Source: Trichoplax adhaerens (taxonomy: Eukaryota > Animalia > Placozoa). Taken from it: a stretch of DNA of 64,000 bases. The notes below the pieces were generated by a model, which was not told where the DNA came from, ran no database searches, and worked only from the letters and a program-made list of their open reading frames with translations. Positions within the stretch are counted from its first letter, which is position 1, and each line of letters begins with the position of its first letter. Both the position numbers and the translations under genes were made by a program. Where the stretch lies: contig NW_002060946.1 of the NCBI RefSeq assembly GCF_000150275.1, forward strand, positions 3,429,454 to 3,493,453, in the 5' to 3' direction. Shown here piece after piece: positions 1 to 22,010 of this stretch.

Positions 1-700
1 TCAATACTGGAAATAAGAAATGAGCTATAGAAAAAATAATTAATATACAAAAATCTGCCAATGCATAATTCATATTTTGTCCATTGGACTAAAATGTTAG
101 AGCTGAACACTATAAAATAATAAGATTAAGATTAACCATCTGAGATAAGCTATCTGGGTCTATTTTACAATCTTCTATAGTGATGGCCTATAATGAAATA
201 ATTAATATTCAAAACTGGTCAATTCATAATTCATATTCTGTCCATTAAACTAAATGTAAAAACTAAAGATTAAAAAATAAATTAAAATAAGATTGAAATT
301 GTGAGATATCCAATCTTACCAATCTTACCAATCTGACAATCCTTCTATAATGATGACCTATAAAGAAATAATTTAATTTTCGAAATCGGTCAATTTATAA
401 TATATATTCTGTCCATCCGACTAAAATATTAAAGCTAAACGCAATAAAAAAATTAAACTGAGATTGATCTTCTGAGATAACCTATCTGGGGTATTCTACA
501 ATCTTTCTATAATGATGACCTGTAAAGAATTAGTTAATATTCAAAATTGGGCAATTTATAATTCATGTTTTGTCCATTGGACTAAAGTGTTAAATCTAAA
601 AGCTATTAAAATTATTACATTAAAAATGACCTTTTGAAACGAATAATTTATCTATCTAGGTCTATTCTACAATCTTGCTATGATGATAACCTAGATACTA
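1..700. repeat. Degenerate tandem repeat, about 4 copies of a ~160-170 bp unit, upstream of the first recognised ESRP exon
   Basis: Anchor TGTCCAT recurs at 78, 239, 410, 571; ACAATC..CTAT..TGATG recurs near 168, 336, 498, 670. Confidence 0.85.
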
Positions 701-1102
701 TGGCAATGTACTTAATTCTCGTTTCTAGGTCAATTTCTTTTGCCTATGCTTATTTTAAAACCAAAAATAATTCATACTTATCTCTATGTATTAATTCTGA
801 TCAGTTTAAAAGATCTTCTAATTTCAACATCTCGACTAAAGTAGCCGGTAAAAAATAACATTTAGCGTCTATCAATCTTCAGTCTATAATCCATCCATTG
901 GTCAAAGTATCAATGTTTCTTAAGAGATTTTATTAAATAGTTTGATATGTAATTTATCTTAATCTGTTTATAATATTTCTGTAATTCCGCTCTAGATGAT
1001 ATAACCTGCAGTTTCGTCCAAGAAATAGAATTGAAATTAAATGAATCTTTTTCAGCTTCATACTGAACACCTCTATCCATTTTTCATTTCATATTTTCTT
1101 AG

Positions 1103-4100
1103 TTGTGCAAAGCTGTAAATCAATACCAGCATCATAAATGGTGCTTAGTATCTTATGGCCAATTTCACCTTAGGCAATGGTTACAACAGTTAGCCAGTAA
1201 ATTGTCATTCAATTTGCCGCCTGTTTTTTCAGTATTTATTGATGTTAAGGAAGAATTTCATAAAATTATTCCTGACCAAAGTCAAGATATGACATTATAC
1301 GATGTTGCTGAATGTAAGTTCTTAAAATATGTGATAGAATTAATCCATGTTGTCTACAATAAATTGTAGAGATTTTAAATATTTAATGTTTTCAATTTGT
1401 GCAATTGTTTAACCAGCTATAATAATATCAGGAAAGATAAATTGCTAAGTTAACTTAATCTACCACCAAATAATCAGAATGCTAAATAGGCAGATCGACG
1501 ATACTCTTATGTAACTTTAAAACCTACGAATATAATCACCAGTGATATAGATTGACATATCGTAAAGTATTAGCTAAAACTTATACATGAATCCTTTATA
1601 TTTTGCTTCAGACTTGCATCTTGATAAGGATTTAATTCAATCAAAAAATCGAAGCAAATTGGTCCTAAGCCTTTATCAAACATTAGCAGCTAGAGGTACT
1701 TATGATAAAAATGGTGCATACAAAAATAACGGGGATTAATAATTATAATCATTAAACGTGTGCTATAGCGTCATAGCTTTTAATATTTATGGAGTGAGAT
1801 ATATAGATAGGATCTTATTGTAACTTTTTAAACCTTCCCCTACTAATTATTAACCCCATAAGATAAGATTTATTACCAAACACGTATGGCGCTAATTGAT
1901 TCTCTGTCTACTCCGTATAGGAATTCAAACATTCCCAAGTTACCAAAATATTAAGGGAAGACTGGAACCCACAACTTACCATGGCAGTTGGTAAATAAGA
2001 TGATTTAAGTCTAGACTACAATCATTTATCGTTAATCAAAATATTCGATGTCTATTATTTTTCTTTGCGCGTATATCCAGCGCTAGCCCTATCTATAATA
2101 AGCTAGCTGTTAAAGTTTGTGATCTGCCCACATATTTAAATGACCAAGATGTGGCAAGCTTCTTTCGTGGACTTAACATTATTCGAGGAGGGATTTCCTT
2201 CTTGCTTAGCGAATATGGTAAACGCTATGGTCAAGCTTATGTTAAATTTGAAGACACTGTTCAACGAGATCTAGCACTAAAAAGGCATAGCCAATATATT
2301 GATCAAAAGTCTATTCGGGTGAAATTAATAGCCTTATTGATATTGAATTAATCAGTTGCTTTTATAAAGGGTTTAAAATCTAATAATATTACTATCCTCT
2401 AATCTACCTATTAACATTAATGCTGCATATTTATAGATTTACAAAATCAATGCCGGTCAAGGTTTCATCCCTAACGTTGGAGGTATTGATATAAACTGAA
2501 GATATAATATAATAATTCTACTTGACAGCCTTAAATTCGCTGTAAATTAGTCAATTTAAGCTAAAATATATCCTTCTACTATCCGAAATTAAGTTGAAGT
2601 ACGAATTTTAATATACTTATGATAAATTGTTATAAATAGTGTGTGTTACATTAATTTACAATAATAATTCACCAAAACTTAATTTGATGTGTTATATGAA
2701 ATCTACTTATTGAAGGGGTGGCAATATATAATATTTTATATGTCCTTTATTATAATATTGATAAGTTGAAATGACAGTAGATAAGCTAAGCTAAAAGAAA
2801 AATTATTTTTCTAACTTAAGAACTTATTCAGTTTAATTGCATTTCAAGTTAGTTTATGCGAATACTGTGCATAAATCTGATAAATATTATATGGACAGGC
2901 TATAGGAATAAATTGTGTCCTATAGCAATATAAGTTGAAATACTAATAATTAAATTACTTATAATATGTTCAGGTGCAACTATTGTCAACGCTTTAATGA
3001 AAAGCAATGACAGGCCAGAAATTGCTTTACTACGTATAAAAGGGCTACCAAGTACTGTCATAGCTATCGATGTTGTCAATTTCTTTAAGGGTACAGCTGA
3101 TGTTTTAGACAACGAAGAAGGTGTTCTACTGCTTCTATCTGCTGATGGAAGAACAACAGGTGAAGGCTACGTAGCATTTAAAACACCTGAAATTGCACGA
3201 AGTGCAATATATAAAGACTACAAGATAATGGCAAATCACCATATTGAATTATATGATTGTTCATTAAATGATGCACTAAAGGTTAGATGAAGAATAATCT
3301 TAATTCGGTCGATATATTCGTATTAGTGAACGGAATAAAATCGATGTATAATATATGCCTCCGTTTATAGATAATTATATCAATCGGAGCTGTTATAAAT
3401 TGCCCAATTTAATGAGTAACCCTTCACTTCAGGCACTACAAGAAAGCCATATCAGCAGCAGTTACCGCAAAAACGATAAAATTTTAACAAATTTACGGCA
3501 AAAGAGCCAAGAAAGTGTACGAGATTGCATACGCTTGCGAGGATTGCCTTTTACGGCAACAGAACCAGATATCACCAATTTTATGGGGGAACTTGCTGAT
3601 AAAATTGCTCTTAATGGTATTCATTTATGCATCAATGACAGGGTACGATAGCATAGAACACTTGCTTAGCAATACATACCTATAGTAGATTTTAATCATA
3701 TATTATTAGCGCCATGCTAGGATATCATCTAAAGAAATGTAGTTTCGATTTATATTACTAATCTAGAGGGTATATTTAAAATTAAACTTAAACTATAAAA
3801 TGCCAATAGAAGTCTATCTAACTTATGAGATTATTTCGTATATTATCACTCAAGAACTAAGTGTAAATCAATGTTACTCATTTAGATAACATGCTCATGA
3901 TTATTTTATAAAATGCCAATAGTTCTTTGCAAAATGCATAAAATCAGAGTCATACTATTGAAGAAATCAATTTAATCTAGGTTCATATTATTCATCTGAA
4001 TAAGCGTACAACATTGATCTATAAAATACCCAGGGTAGCTTGCAGAATATGTTATAATGTTACCATAGTATCTAAGAAATCAAGTCAACCCTTATAATTA

Positions 4101-4939
4101 CTACTATCCTAGACAAATGGCTAAAATAAAATCTCGCCTTTTTAATGGATTTATTCATCAAAATTGTGTAGGGGCGGCCTTCCGGTGACGCTTATATTCA
4201 GATGCTATCGGCTGAAGATGCAATAAAATCAGCAGAGAAAAAACATCGAGAACATTTAGGTACACGATGGATTGAGGTATTCCAATGCTCTAGAGAGGAA
4301 GTCACAGAAGCTAAAATCACTACCAGTGCCAACAAAAGCTACAATTCTTACTATGATAACAATCAATATCACGGTCGACGAAATAATAATCCTGCTAAAA
4401 ACATTGTAACAGAAAATCGTTATAATACTAATACCGATCGACAAATAAGTCCACCTGTATCATCTGTTTGTGTTATCCCAACTCCTATGATGACAAGCAT
4501 GGGATTACCTATGATCCCACAAACTTGGAATCAATATCAACAGGATGGCATGCATTTCTATCCACAATCTAATTCGCCAAGGATAACACGAGTTAGGAAT
4601 GCTACACCTGCTATATCAAAAGAAATTTCACGCTATCAAGCAGACTATACTACGGTAAGGTTGCCTAGATGATTATTGTTTATTAAACATTTATAGAAAT
4701 TATAAATTGAGCATTATTAAGAAGTTCTATGCGAATAGCTGTTAAATAGACGATACATTAAAATTATCAAATATTTTTAACATTAGTATCAGCCCAATAC
4801 TTCACTTCAATTGCAATATGAAGATTATAACAGACCTGATGGCAACATCATCTACACCTATCCGGCTCCAATCGATAATCTACAACGTAGCCGAAATCAG
4901 CATTTGCCGTCTAGAAATATTGAAATGTATATGGTATAA
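1103..4939 (+). CDS. ESRP: Epithelial splicing regulatory protein (ESRP1/2, fusilli family); N-terminal DnaQ-like domain plus three qRRMs; 5' exons not identified
   Basis: GT-AG exons ~1103-1313, 1612-1695, 1921-1990, 2081-2318, 2437-2482, 2974-3281, 3433-3642, 4172-4654, 4787-4939 join in frame. Motifs GQFHLRQWL, DQDVASFFRGLNI, RDCIRLRGLPF, GRPSGDAYIQM, RWIEVFQCS match ESRP. Stop TAA at 4937-4939. Confidence 0.9.
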
Positions 4940-6917
4940 AATGCTCACTCTTAAACTGATCTTAATTAACTGTTAGAATTCTAATTTTTTCCCATTTCTC
5001 TCATTCCATTATGCTCACATACCCTATGTCGATTTTATAGTAATACTTTTTAAATTTAGTTTTCAAATTTAAATAACTGCTGTTATTATTTCCTTAATCA
5101 CTCGCACGATATAGTCCATGCAATAGCAACACTTTTGAAGAAAAATTCTCCTTACCAATAGCCAGTTATAAAGGATTTTAAACATTCGTTAGAGGTGATC
5201 AAAACCAGAAAAAAAGACTTATTGAAAACATTTTTTTATCCGTTATATTTGTTTACAAAGGAAAGTTATTCCTTCACCCTTTACTATATGTTAAGTGTGC
5301 TTGATTTTAATCGCTACTTGTATCTCTTTAATTCAATAAAGTAATTTATTATTCACTTTCATGAATGAGTTTCTTGGAAAGTTTTATATTAAGCTTATCT
5401 TATATGTAATATGATTACCATATTACAAGGAATGTCTACATCAGTACCTTACTTCAAACTAATAGCTTTCCTGTAGATGGTTAGAAAAGCTGATCTGAAA
5501 GATTACTTTAAAGTTATAGGTATGGCTGACTAATAAGGCATTCGTAAAAATAATTTGGAAACGCTTACATTATGAAACCGTTGAGCAATGCTGGTAGACT
5601 TTTTATGTAAATGTATTGCTGTGACTTATTTCCAAGGTTACTAGCCTCAATTATGCAGTTAATATAACATTTATCTACTAAAATGTAGGGAAAGCTCTTT
5701 AAGATATTGCCTATATTAATTGTTGTTGAAATCAACAAAGCCTGGAACAAAACTGTAGTATTTAGTTATTAGTACGCCTTTGAAGTTGATGCGCAGTAAT
5801 TAAACGATAATATCTTTTTAAACATAGTGAAAATAATACGATATCAATTATGCTATTTAAATGGAGTTGTGAAGCTAAACTTTCCTTTTAACTATATATG
5901 AACTAAATTATAAACAGTAACAGCTTTAGGAAGCTGCTCATAGTATGCACTCTTTTACTTACTAAAATTGCTTATACCTCTGACATGTATGGTTTATTGT
6001 AAGTAAAGATACACCATATGATCAGATTGCTACTATAAATTTGTAATACTTCTAGTAATTTGTAAAATATAAAGTATTGTAATAAAAAGCTGGTTGAACT
6101 ACAAACTACTAAAGAACCTCCTATGACTGTTTTGCTTCGATTACTCCGGAAAAGATTAATATATTTCGTACAAATTAACAAGGCAGAAAAAACTTTAGAA
6201 TTTAAGTGCAGTTAATGAATATTTCTGTAACTACTTATTATTATTTATCTAGCAAGTTCGTTCCCATCTACTACTATTTACAGATACAATTGAAGTAATA
6301 TTATTTTCCAGACAAAATTTTGATGAACAAATTTTTATGATTTTGGAGTGGTTTTAATTTATATTTTTAACATTGCAAAGCATTGCTGATCTATTTTTTG
6401 TTGATTACATTGAATCACGTAACACCAATATACAAACAGTATTCTTTATTAGAGTACTAAAATATACCGGAAATTGCATTCTAAAGTTAGATTATTGTTA
6501 CAATCGCATATTGCTATACAAGTAAAAATTTCCAATATTAATATGATTTGACGCAAACAAATTAATAATCAAGAACATAAATAAGCAGCAGATAGTAACT
6601 TGAAATCGATAGGTATTAAAAATTAAATCATAGTTAACTACGATACTATCCTAGATCGTTGCAAGAATTTACTTCGAACCCTGAAAGCCTTTTAATTTTC
6701 CAAATAATCAATTTGTATTAATTTATAAGAATGTTTTATACAGTATCTACACAGCAAGGCGAACATAGCTCAGAAAAGTCATAAATATCAAAATTAGATA
6801 ACGTGTCGCTATAGTATAGCTAGGCTGGGCTTATGGTTTTGAATAAAAGTTTGACTTACCTTAGCATAATTACTGCAACATAATAATTTATACTTATGAC
6901 CTAACAACTTGATGTGA

Positions 6918-16287
<9,370 letters not shown>

Positions 16288-16384
16288 AACTTTTTTCCGT
16301 TTCTGTTTTTAAAACAAGAATTTTAGTCATTTTTAAGTGCGCAAGCGTAATTGAAGTTACGAGTGCACTACGAGTGCTTCGCCG

Positions 16385-16397
16385 GTATCCTAGATAC
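16385..16397. promoter_or_regulatory. Candidate RFX X-box about 100 bp upstream of the TMEM67 ATG
   Basis: GTATC-CTA-GATAC inverted repeat resembles the 13-bp X-box form (GTTGCCTAGCAAC type) in front of a ciliary gene. Confidence 0.5.
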
Positions 16398-17896
16398 AGA
16401 TAGGCAGACAGACTCCAGACAACTGCAATTAGTCTCCAGTTAAATAATAATTAACTAGCTTATATCCTACGGTGGCACTCTATTATTATACTGTATAATT
16501 TGATATAACAGAATATAGTGCAATCGTGGTTTATATACTTTAGGTGCTAGTCATGGATGGATAATGATGCCAGTAACGGGTTTGGCAATTTGACTTATAC
16601 TACTTACTGGAAGTTATCTTAATAATCAGTTAAATGACTGCTCATGGCCATCTAAGTTATAATGTCGTCAACCAGCATAGCACTCGATAATCACCTATTT
16701 ATCAGCTAGTACTTTTAACTATGTCTAACAAACCTAAATGCTTAGTCGAATGTAAAGTAGTGTCATGGTAGTAGCCGTAAAACTTGGCAATAACTACTAC
16801 GAATTATATTAAAGCTAATCCTATAAATTTAATGCGAAGTAACATTAAATTCTTCATTTGGGCTACGTGCCATTTATTCTTGTCACGACTAAGATTGCAA
16901 TATAAAATATAAATGTTCTTTACCCTAGTTGATCCAGTAATTCTACCTTATAACCTGATATTGAGTAGAACTTCTCTTCTAGTGATTGATTGCTTGTGTA
17001 CTGATATAATTGATGATGCTAATCTAGCTTTTATCCTACAGACAACGTTGTGATCAATGCATATAATCTACCTAAGTATTAGCTATTTTAGCGCATGTCA
17101 GTCAATTTTTGTTCAACATTAATGACACATACAAGATAATAGCGTGGATAGATATTTTAATAAAGACGATGTGACCAAAATTCTTAGTCATAAGTCGTAC
17201 ATTCGATGTATATTATAATCGATAAAATAAGTTGGAAGGTATCTATTATAAACTGGTACAATGGAGGCCAAGCGTTTACTTATTTGTAAGTATTTAGCCT
17301 AAAAAATGGTTATAATCGTGTAACTTGTAGCATACATTAAAAGTTTACTATATCTCCACTAATCGACACAGTTATAGCTACAACATTACGAACAATAAGG
17401 TTTTGTGAGAGTTATCGATTGGAAAGAATCAACATTCTTTCGACTATCTTAAATATACGTGTATACTTAAATAAGTAGTTCACGACAGCTTTGCGCTATA
17501 CTCATACTGTGTACTTATATATATATATACATAAATGAAATACCGTGATAAAGTACTTTCTCAGTACATAAATTCCGTCATAAAATGCTAAGATGATAGA
17601 GCATGTCCCCAAAGTTATACAGACATGATTGATTACCTAATACTGTATATATGATAAAATCCATTTAATACGGCTATGTTGCTTGGGCACAACTATAGTA
17701 TGCTACGGCTTGTTTTACAAGGGATAAAGCCAACACAAGTATCCTATGAAATACTGATTAAGGTTATTAGTACTTCTTGAGCCATTTTACAGAGGCAGTG
17801 TCCTTAAAAATTTGATTGGTTAATTACTCTCTTTTAATTAATACTCTAATACAAATATGTCAAACTAGTATTACAAACATTGTAATGATTGTTCTA

Positions 17897-20110
17897 TCAA
17901 CAATACAATCCTAGCCTGGTGGTTTTTGCAGATAGAAACGTGTGTAAGATAAACACAACCGGCTTAGGACAGCCATGAAGATCCAATTCCTAATAAAGTG
18001 ACATTCAATTTGCAAAAACAGTTATCTACGTAAGTATGAGCACAAGGTTAAGATTGCTAATCCGTTGCCCGTTGAAATTTGTTGCTAAAAACTTACTTGT
18101 GCTCCATCGTCACCTCCAAAATCGAGGTATAAAAAGCGCTGTCCATCATCTGAGGACATTCTAAGTCTTTCGTATGGGTACCGCCAAATGATTCGGGGGA
18201 TTCGGTGCCTACCATCAGGAGATGATCTTGCAGCCGCTAAACAAAAGCCATCTTCCCAATGAAGTGTTAGTCTTGCATCTTCATTCTTATGCGTTACCGC
18301 TATTGTTAATAAGTATACAAAGTGTTAGCTTTTCAAGTTGGCATGTGGTTAGTCTAGCGCGTTCAAGTTGCAGAATGAACTAGGCTATGGTCTAGATAGC
18401 AATATCGAAGGCAATAATTTTACTAACCGCAGCTAATTTCTTTAATTAGTGCTGCCGCTGCATGGGCTCCCTGTACCAATGCACGAGACCATGATTTCAT
18501 TGCACGATTCGTTTCCGTACGAAAAACGTGGGTTTCTACACCATTTCGCGAGCCAGTGCGTGTAGCAAATATCCAATCATTATTACGTGTATTGTTGCTG
18601 CAACTAATTAATCTTGTTGCAAGCAAAGGATGACTAACAACTGGCGTTGACCACTCATCTCTCGACCATGGGATGCTTTTATACAATAAGATATCTTTAG
18701 CAGTGAGGGCAACGAAAGCTGGTTTCCATTTCTTGATTTCTCGAATGTTTTCGGAACTGTAATATATTATGATAATTTGATCTATGTGAATATTTTAGTG
18801 AATAAAGTCATACTGACAAAGGTGATAAGTTATGGTAATATTCATAACTTCATTTAAGTTCGCTTAAGGTCAATGAATTGTAAAGACATCGGCTATTTCA
18901 CTTGCGTATTATCTAATATTATTAGCTAAGAGTACTAATTGCAAATGAGCTCTATCTTTCATACTGTACACCATTTACTATACTTGACAATCTTGACCTT
19001 GATAATTTACTTGAAGTGTTTTATGAATGAATTTTGTCAATACAAGTGCAAGTGCTGAGTGGTCTTATTACGTTGTAATTGTACAACAGAAACTATTGTA
19101 TTGTATCACAGAGTAAAATACCTTGCAGTGGTTATTTGTTCATGTAACCAACCCATTTGCTTTATTTCACGGCTATTACCAATTGCATCTAGCACTTGAT
19201 TGGCTTCATCAATTGCCACTTTAATCTGAAGTTCAGCGTTATGGCTAATAGCCTCAAACCATTGATCGAATTCATCTTGATCTTTACAGCGTAATATGCA
19301 TGCAGGGCAGCCATCGCTGGTTCGAATTTCAAATGTTGTATTGGTTTTATTGTGAACTGATGGTGAAATTAACTGGGTTAGGTGGCATAACTTTAAGGGT
19401 ATCGTTTTGACTTCTCGCCAATTTTGAAATCCGCTCGAATTTTCACCATTTGTCGACGTTTCCACTTCAGAAACCAATGAACTCAGCAGCTGTTGGCGAG
19501 AACGTATATCATGATCTTGTAAATATTTTACCTGTAGCACAACTTCACGTCCAGATAACTTTAAGGCTTTGACAGCATGATCGTGCGTAGCATTGGTTAG
19601 ATCGACGCCATTGACTGATAAGATAGCATCACCAACATATAGACTGTTTGTTTGTTCAGCGGCCAAGCCTTTAAAAATTTTCGATATTGTTATTGGTAAT
19701 TTATTTTCGATTCCACCTTTAATACTGATGCCAAGGCCTCCAATATCTTGTTTAACAACTGTTACTTGGCGTACTTGATCCAAGATGGAGTTGGGTGGTT
19801 GGCTTGATTCAGCGTCATTGGCAATAGTAGTGTTATCAGTAGTATCATTATCTTGATCGATATTGATCGATTGAGCGATGGTGGAATCATCGTTCTGTTG
19901 CTCTCCTGAATTAGTTGGTTGAGTTGTATCTTGCTCTTGTTGGTTTGGTGGTTGATCTTTTGTTTTTTGTTGGGGTATCAATTTGGATACTTTATCGCTC
20001 TCTAAACTGATGGTTAACAATTCGCCCTTTAGCGTTACGAGAGTCCGAAGCCATTCTTCGGTGGCCGGCCTATACAAGTCTAGAAATCCGTTAAGGCTTG
20101 CGTGTGCCAT
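17897..20110 (-). CDS. SNTB: Syntrophin, alpha/beta type (split PH1, PDZ, PH2, SU domain)
   Basis: Coding exons ~20110-19122, 18757-18427, 18300-18097, 17989-17897. [34 protein letters not shown]; PH2 [29 protein letters not shown]; SU end [30 protein letters not shown]. Confidence 0.95.
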
Positions 20111-20359
20111 ATCACTTGATGTATTGGAACTCGTCGTTCTTACAAGTCGCCACTCAAACTGGATAGAGCTGAATGAAAGCTGTAAACTCGATGCTCACAA
20201 GGAATCGAATGGGGGGGAGCATAGAGTAGAAGCGAATCAATTCTTTTTAACCCACTAATCTGAAATGTATCAATGTCAGGGCTTAAGTGAGTGCGTGATT
20301 GTGTACGCACTTTATATAACCTCGATGTCTCTAATCTTTGAGTGGGTTTTTGATTGACA

Positions 20360-22010
20360 GTCCAGTCCAGTACAGTACGCACATGATAGGCAGTGGAGTA
20401 CTGTACTGTCTGCACTGTACTGTACACTACAGTATACTGTAGTACAGTAAAAATAATGGTCCGCCATTAAAACGATTTTTTTACTATCTATTGACATAGT
20501 ACGTTCATGTTATCATGATAATCTATCTTGGGAGATATCTTTCTATGGGTATAGATGTCATATATAAATACTATGCAGGAATTTGAACGAAATACAACTT
20601 TGATTTTTGAACGAAGGGGAGACATCGAAAGTCATCAGATTGTACAGCTTACTACTGTACAGTGTACAGTGTACAGTAGTAGTGCCGTACTACATGTAGA
20701 CTTACTGTGCTGTATCAGCTGTTCAATGAACTCTTCCCTCTTTGATGAAGTTTACTGACTGTGAGAACATTGCAAATCAATAGAGTAGAGCAGAGTCTGC
20801 GTACAAAAGCTTAACATGAACCCTTCAACAATAGCCAATAGGATTGCATGGAAGACAGCAGTACAGTACAGAACTGCACAGTAGCATAGTACTGTACAGT
20901 ACATCGTTGGCTTGTAAAATGATGTCTCAAAGTAACTTCAAAAGCTTAACATTAACCCTTCATCAATAGCCAATAGGATTGCATGGAAGACTGCAGTACT
21001 GTACAGTACTGTACAGTACTGTACAGAACTGCACAGTAACATAGTACAGTACAGTACTGTACAATGTACTGTACATCGTTGGCTTGTAAAATTATGTCTC
21101 AAAGTAACTTCATCATCACACAGTAGCCAATATTCACAGACGTAGTTTCGTCCAATCTCCGCTAGATTCAAAAGTGAAAATGAACTGACTGTTGAATAGA
21201 ATATTGACAGTAATTTATTTTTGAGCTAAAATGAAATACATTGAAAGTCCCACTGTACCATTGCTGCAGCTAGTGAGCCCATAAAAGAATACGTACTGTA
21301 CTGTACTGTATATGGTATACTGTACCGTCTGTACGTACAGTATGCAAAGATTTGCAACAGTGCAGAAGCAATTTTGTTGTACAGTATTGGTCTGTAGACT
21401 GTACAGTACTGTATACTGTACAGACCAACGGACACTGTACAGTATAGTAGTGTAGGGTGGCCCAAAACAGGCGTAGCCGTGTACAGTACAATACACTAGA
21501 GAGTACAGTACTGTGCCTAGAGCTTTTGTGACGTTTGCTTTAATATGGTCCGGTGGTATTATTATCTTTCTATATACAGTACTGTATTTTTTCTTTCTTT
21601 TGTCAAGACTAACGTATAAATACGTATAAATAATGGAGTCAAATAAATAAAATAGAAACAAAGAGTAACTATCCAGTCATTGAATATATTGCAATAACCA
21701 ATGGCTGGCTAAGTACTATACTGTACCTATTGCACAAGTTGAGATACAGAGTTACACTATTGCGCGGGTGAAATGAAAAATTGCCGCGTTAAAAGTCCAT
21801 GTCACTTTGTACAGCACTATGCACCGTGTACAGTACTGTACGTGCACAGTACAGACTACAGTACTATACTACAGTACAGTATACAGTACTGTGCTGTACT
21901 GTACTGTATGGTGGAGAAAATGGGTCCAAATCATTGTATCCGTGTACTCTACTGTACACTGTACTGTATAAAGTCAGATACCGTCGTACAGTACAAGTGT
22001 ACATGGACTC
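20360..22010. repeat. Dense ACAGT/ACTGT pentamer low-complexity region upstream of syntrophin
   Basis: Many runs such as AGTACAGTAC and ACTGTACTGT, and (GTACAGTACT)n near 20996-21026. Confidence 0.85.
20806..21112. repeat. Tandem duplication (about 135 and 170 bp copies), each with a CCAAT box
   Basis: AAAAGCTTAACAT.AACCCTTCA.CAATAGCCAATAGGATTGCATGGAAGAC...TGTCTCAAAGTAACTTCA occurs twice; the copies differ mainly in ACAGT tract length. Confidence 0.9.

Noticed and set aside
340-480. Tandem snoRNAs in the ~165-bp repeat (TGATGA and CTGA in units)
   Set aside because: Boxes are not kept in every copy and there are no terminal stems or guides.
996-1075. Extra ESRP exon after the AG at 994-995
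   Set aside because: Open frame ends in TGA with no convincing donor; cannot be joined confidently.
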